Assembly (NCBI GenBank): GCA_046536775.1
Contig: JAWDMD010000026.1
Span: 1-6,174, forward strand
DNA: 6,174 nt
Origin: Candidatus Nanopusillus sp.
GTDB taxonomy: Archaea; Nanobdellota; Nanobdellia; Nanobdellales; Nanobdellaceae
Reading direction: 5' to 3'
Below the pieces are notes generated by a model. That model did no database searches, was not told the DNA's origin, and saw only the letters and a program-made list of their open reading frames with translations. A program made the translations under genes and the position numbers. Shown here piece by piece: positions 3,991-6,174 of this stretch (position 1 is the first letter of the stretch; every line of letters starts with the position of its first letter).

Positions 3991-4992
3991 GTGAGGCGCA
4001 GGGCGGCCATATCCCAGATGCTCGGCACCCTGATACTGATCGCGATCGTGCTGGTCGCGGCCGTGCTGGTGTACCATGCCGGAATGTTTGCCGCGCAGCG
4101 CGCCTCCGGCGGCGCGGGGATCTCGGTGAGCGGCGCCTCCGTGGAGGCGTTCCCCGGCGGCGCGTTCGTGACGCTCACGGTCACGAACACCGGGAGCGCG
4201 CCCGGGTACGTCTCGGTGGCGCTCTACCAGGGAGGGTCGCGGGTCTTCTGGGCGCCGGGCGCGCCCGGGCTGCTGTACCAGATATACACGAACCCGAACA
4301 TAATGTGGGACGAGCCGCCCGAGTCGCTCGTGTACTCGGCCCCGCTGGCCCCCGGCAGCTCCTTCCAGTACGACGGCACCTGGAGCGCGCCGGTCGGGCC
4401 CTGGACCACGCCCGGCGCCGGGTCGGCGCAGGACGTGAACGGGCAGACCCAGCCCAACGTGATAGACAACATGCAGTATGAGTACACGGGCGGCGCGCCC
4501 TTCCCGAACCCGCCCGTCTCCGCCCCCGGGAACGAGTTCGCGATCAAGGAGATAGGGTACATGGTGGTGACCCAGCCCACCGTGTTCTACGTGGACATAG
4601 ACGACGGCGGGGCGCTGGGCGCGATCCCCTACAGCCCCGGCGTTTTCACTCAGGAGACCTCGTGGCTCGGGGGGACCTCCAACCCCGCGAACCTGATAAG
4701 CGCGTGGTACGGCCAGCCCGCGACTGTACACTCCTCGGGCACGGTGCAGCCCGGCACCTACCTCGTGGAGTACGACTACTTCCAGTTCGGCGGCGGCGCC
4801 TACTGGAGCCTGTGGTCGAGCGCGCCGGTGTATTACTACCACCCGGTGCTCCTGTACCCCGGGCAGTCCGCGATTCTCAACTACACGCTCGCGGCGCAGC
4901 TGCAGCCCGGCTCGCAGTGCACGGTCTCGGCGACCATAACAACGCCGGCCGGGACCGCCACCGCATCCGCGACCGTCACGGTCGCGCCTTGA
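3991..4992 (+). CDS. Type IV pilin-like protein (archaeal class III signal peptide) with a beta-sandwich region, a PA14-like carbohydrate-binding domain and a Thr/Ala-rich C-terminal beta domain (333 aa)
   Basis: The N-terminus MRRRAAISQMLGTLILIAIVLVAAVLVY matches the archaeal prepilin pattern: basic residues, small residue, then ISxxxGTLxLIAIxxV. PA14-like blocks lie at aa ~92-277 (nt 4264-4821): GLLYQIY, NEFAIKEIGYMVVTQPTVFYVDIDDGGAL, VQPGTYLVEYDYFQFGGGAYWSLWSS. GC3 is high, and every overlapping track ORF is a shadow frame. Confidence 0.85.
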   Translation: MRRRAAISQMLGTLILIAIVLVAAVLVYHAGMFAAQRASGGAGISVSGASVEAFPGGAFVTLTVTNTGSAPGYVSVALYQGGSRVFWAPGAPGLLYQIYTNPNIMWDEPPESLVYSAPLAPGSSFQYDGTWSAPVGPWTTPGAGSAQDVNGQTQPNVIDNMQYEYTGGAPFPNPPVSAPGNEFAIKEIGYMVVTQPTVFYVDIDDGGALGAIPYSPGVFTQETSWLGGTSNPANLISAWYGQPATVHSSGTVQPGTYLVEYDYFQFGGGAYWSLWSSAPVYYYHPVLLYPGQSAILNYTLAAQLQPGSQCTVSATITTPAGTATASATVTVAP

Positions 4993-4995
4993 GCA

Positions 4996-5658
4996 TCACG
5001 TGAGAGCCGCCGCCAGCTTCAGCACCATGTCCACCGCCCACATGTGCTCCGGTGGGGCGAGCACGGGTATCCGGTCGACATTGGCCATGAGCTCTCCCAG
5101 GGTCCACTCGAAGGCCTCGTCATCCGCGCGGCCGTCGAGGCGCGCGACTAAGATGGCCGCGTGCCTCGCCAGGGCCGAGAGGACCTCCATTGGGAAATAT
5201 TGGTCCTCGAGTCCGCCCGCCCGGTCGGCGACCATCTCGTACTCGCGCATCAGCGCGTGGTAGTACACGTAGAGATTGGTGTTCTCGGCGAGGTCCGGAA
5301 AGCGCTCGTCCAGATAGCGCAGGAACTCCCCACGCCTCTCCGCCAGGGCCTCCGCCTGCCTCCCCGCGAACTCGCGGAGGATCTCCCACTGCTCCCCCTC
5401 GCCCAGCCGCGAGAACAGCCGGATGAGCTCCGCGAGCTCCGGGTCCGCCCTCCCCAAGGCGTCCTCCAGGCCCGCGAGCTCCGGCCCCTCCGGGGAGCCG
5501 AGCTCCCAGCGCACGAGGCCGACCAGCGCGTCGACCACCTTATCCACCGGGATCCCCGCGCCCACCCCGCGGGCGGGGTGGGACCTCTCGCGGATCTCGC
5601 GCGCCGGCAGGATCTCCAGCGCGCCCGCCAGCGGTGAGGGACTCGCGCCCATGTCCAC
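4996..5658 (-). CDS. Hypothetical acidic helical protein (220 aa)
   Basis: GTG at 5658 (an alternative ATG lies at 5652) is preceded on the minus strand by TATA CTTATATT (rc of 5680-5687) with a 21-nt spacer, and by palindrome P3 8 bp further upstream. Composition is natural and GC3 is high. It converges on the pilin-like gene with a 3-bp gap. I recognise no family. Confidence 0.75.
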   Translation of the reverse strand: MDMGASPSPLAGALEILPAREIRERSHPARGVGAGIPVDKVVDALVGLVRWELGSPEGPELAGLEDALGRADPELAELIRLFSRLGEGEQWEILREFAGRQAEALAERRGEFLRYLDERFPDLAENTNLYVYYHALMREYEMVADRAGGLEDQYFPMEVLSALARHAAILVARLDGRADDEAFEWTLGELMANVDRIPVLAPPEHMWAVDMVLKLAAALT

Positions 5659-5679
5659 GCACGCTTCTGCGCCGGGCGC

Positions 5680-5687
5680 AATATAAG
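5680..5687 (-). promoter_or_regulatory. TATA box (CTTATATT on the minus strand) for the 4996..5658 gene
   Basis: It lies 21 nt upstream of the GTG at 5658 and 8 bp (5688-5695) from palindrome P3. Confidence 0.6.
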
Positions 5688-5695
5688 ATCGGTGC

Positions 5696-5717
5696 GTAAT
5701 ACTTGCGCAAGTATTAC
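5696..5717. repeat. Perfect 22-bp palindrome (P3) GTAATACTTGCGCAAGTATTAC
   Basis: It is the same sequence as P2 without the outermost base pair. Its centre is 48.5 nt upstream of the GTG at 5658. Its right arm contains the TAA stop (rc of 5714-5716) of the 5714..6103 gene. Confidence 0.8.
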
Positions 5718-6103
5718 CGCGCGCGGCCTCGCCAGGTCGGCGGGGGCGCGAGGCGCGGCGCCAGCCACACCGCGAAGACGTTGTTCACAACGACCGCGCC
5801 GTTGAGTATGATGAGCGCGGCCGCGGCGCCGTGGAACAGCGGGATGATGCGCGGCCGGGCGAGCGCCCTCGCGTATATGTAGCGGAGCGCGAGCGTGAAT
5901 ATCAGGACCCTCACGAGCGCGTCCGCGGCGAGCCCCCCGGCGAGCCCCAGCGCGCCGATGAGCGAGGCGGTCACGGGGTCGCCCTCCGCGACCGGCAGGC
6001 TCGGGTCACTCAGCGCGAGGTACGTGAGCAGGACGTCGGCGGCCACTAGGAGGTCCGCGGCCAGCGCGGCCGCGATCAGGGAGCGGCGCGTGGGCGGCCT
6101 CAC
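5714..6103 (-). CDS. Small polytopic membrane protein (129 aa), DUF5658-like
   Basis: GTG at 6103 lies 20 nt downstream (minus strand) of CTTTTAAG (rc of 6124-6131). Hydrophobic segments: LIAAALAADLLVAADVLLTYLAL, LIGALGLAGGLAADALV, IIPLFHGAAAALIILNGAVVVNNVFAVWL. The pattern D-x2-LT-x2-AL ... EGDP resembles the D..LT...L...E.NP signature that I recall for the DUF5658 family. That is a memory-based assignment and has not been searched. Confidence 0.7.
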   Translation of the reverse strand: MRPPTRRSLIAAALAADLLVAADVLLTYLALSDPSLPVAEGDPVTASLIGALGLAGGLAADALVRVLIFTLALRYIYARALARPRIIPLFHGAAAALIILNGAVVVNNVFAVWLAPRLAPPPTWRGRAR

Positions 6104-6123
6104 GCGCGCGCGTGGTGGGGCGC

Positions 6124-6131
6124 CTTAAAAG
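6124..6131. promoter_or_regulatory. Quasi-symmetric TATA box CTTAAAAG, placed to serve both divergent genes
   Basis: Exactly 20 nt separate it from the GTG at 6103 (minus strand) and from the GTG at 6152 (plus strand). The plus-side spacer carries GCGGGCGCACG + 7 nt + GTG, matching the cassette at 3963-3993. Confidence 0.55.
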
Positions 6132-6151
6132 CCGCGGGCGCACGCTGGGCC

Positions 6152-6174
6152 GTGAGCACCGTTCGCGCTTCGGG
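6152..6174 (+). CDS. Start of a further gene (MSTVRAS...), truncated by the window end
   Basis: Only 23 nt are visible. The call rests on the promoter-to-start cassette 6124-6154, which matches 28 of 34 positions of the pilin-like gene cassette 3961-3994, including the distance to GTG. Confidence 0.35.

Noticed and set aside
3949-5003. Track ORFs 3949..4842(-), 3966..4190(-), 4224..4580(-) and 4662..5003(+) overlapping the pilin-like gene
   Set aside because: These are Arg/Gly/Pro-rich or otherwise unnatural translations. The plus-strand 3991..4992 frame has recognisable domains and a promoter.
820-5717. The palindromes interpreted as CRISPR repeats, or as terminal inverted repeats of an IS or MITE
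   Set aside because: The spacing is irregular (about 0.7, 2.4 and 1.8 kb) rather than repeat-spacer periodic. Each copy is a self-palindrome rather than one member of an inverted pair flanking a unit. There are no target-site duplications and no transposase. The consistent position about 49 nt upstream of start codons fits an operator better.
5000-5768. Track ORFs 5000..5263(+), 5120..5389(-), 5161..5637(+), 5190..5426(+), 5250..5768(-) and 5423..5686(+)
   Set aside because: These are shadow frames of 4996..5658(-). 5250..5768(-) would also read through the TATA box and palindrome P3.
5831-6128. Track ORFs 5831..6049(+) and 5895..6128(+), antisense to the DUF5658-like gene
   Set aside because: Their translations are charged or Arg-rich and Ser/Ala-rich respectively, with no promoter. 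The minus-strand frame encodes coherent TM helices.

Overview
The DNA is high-GC (about 67-70% by hand count, dipping to about 35-55% near 2140-2220 and 3260-3420) and looks archaeal. Genes are strongly GC3-biased yet use AGG (Arg) and ATA (Ile) often. TATA boxes of the form CTTWWAAG sit 20-24 nt upstream of GTG/ATG start codons, implying leaderless mRNAs. This style fits hyperthermophilic Thermoproteota (Crenarchaeota); the taxon cannot be fixed from sequence alone. I support nine coding units. (1) 1..815 +, the 3' part of a VirB4/TrbE/CedB-type secretion ATPase. (2) 915..1472 -, a two-domain hypothetical protein with an Ala/Pro linker. (3) 1634..2566 +, one stop-free frame holding a HAD-phosphatase-like module, a TG-rich promoter-like island, and a 115-aa helical protein that probably starts on its own at 2219. 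(4) 2493..3623 +, a protein with a soluble N-domain and about four C-terminal TM helices. (5) 3740..3892 -, a 50-aa two-helix membrane ORF that is absent from the supplied ORF track. (6) 3991..4992 +, a type IV pilin-like protein (class III signal peptide) carrying a PA14-like lectin domain. (7) 4996..5658 -, a helical hypothetical protein. (8) 5714..6103 -, a DUF5658-like small membrane protein. (9) 6152..>6174 +, the first codons of a further gene. The main non-coding signal is a family of AT-rich palindromes (best copy GGTAATACTTGCGCAAGTATTACC) at four intergenic sites, with its centre about 49 nt upstream of four start codons. Alongside it, a reused TATA-to-start cassette contains GCGGSCGCACG. 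My working hypothesis is a co-regulated cell-surface and DNA-transfer locus, either Ced/Ted-like or an integrated conjugative element. It would couple a T4SS-type ATPase and a candidate conjugative-type mini-pilin with a glycan-binding type IV pilin adhesin. All homology calls were made by eye from motifs and need database and structure searches. No rRNA, tRNA, CRISPR array, transposase or integrase was seen.
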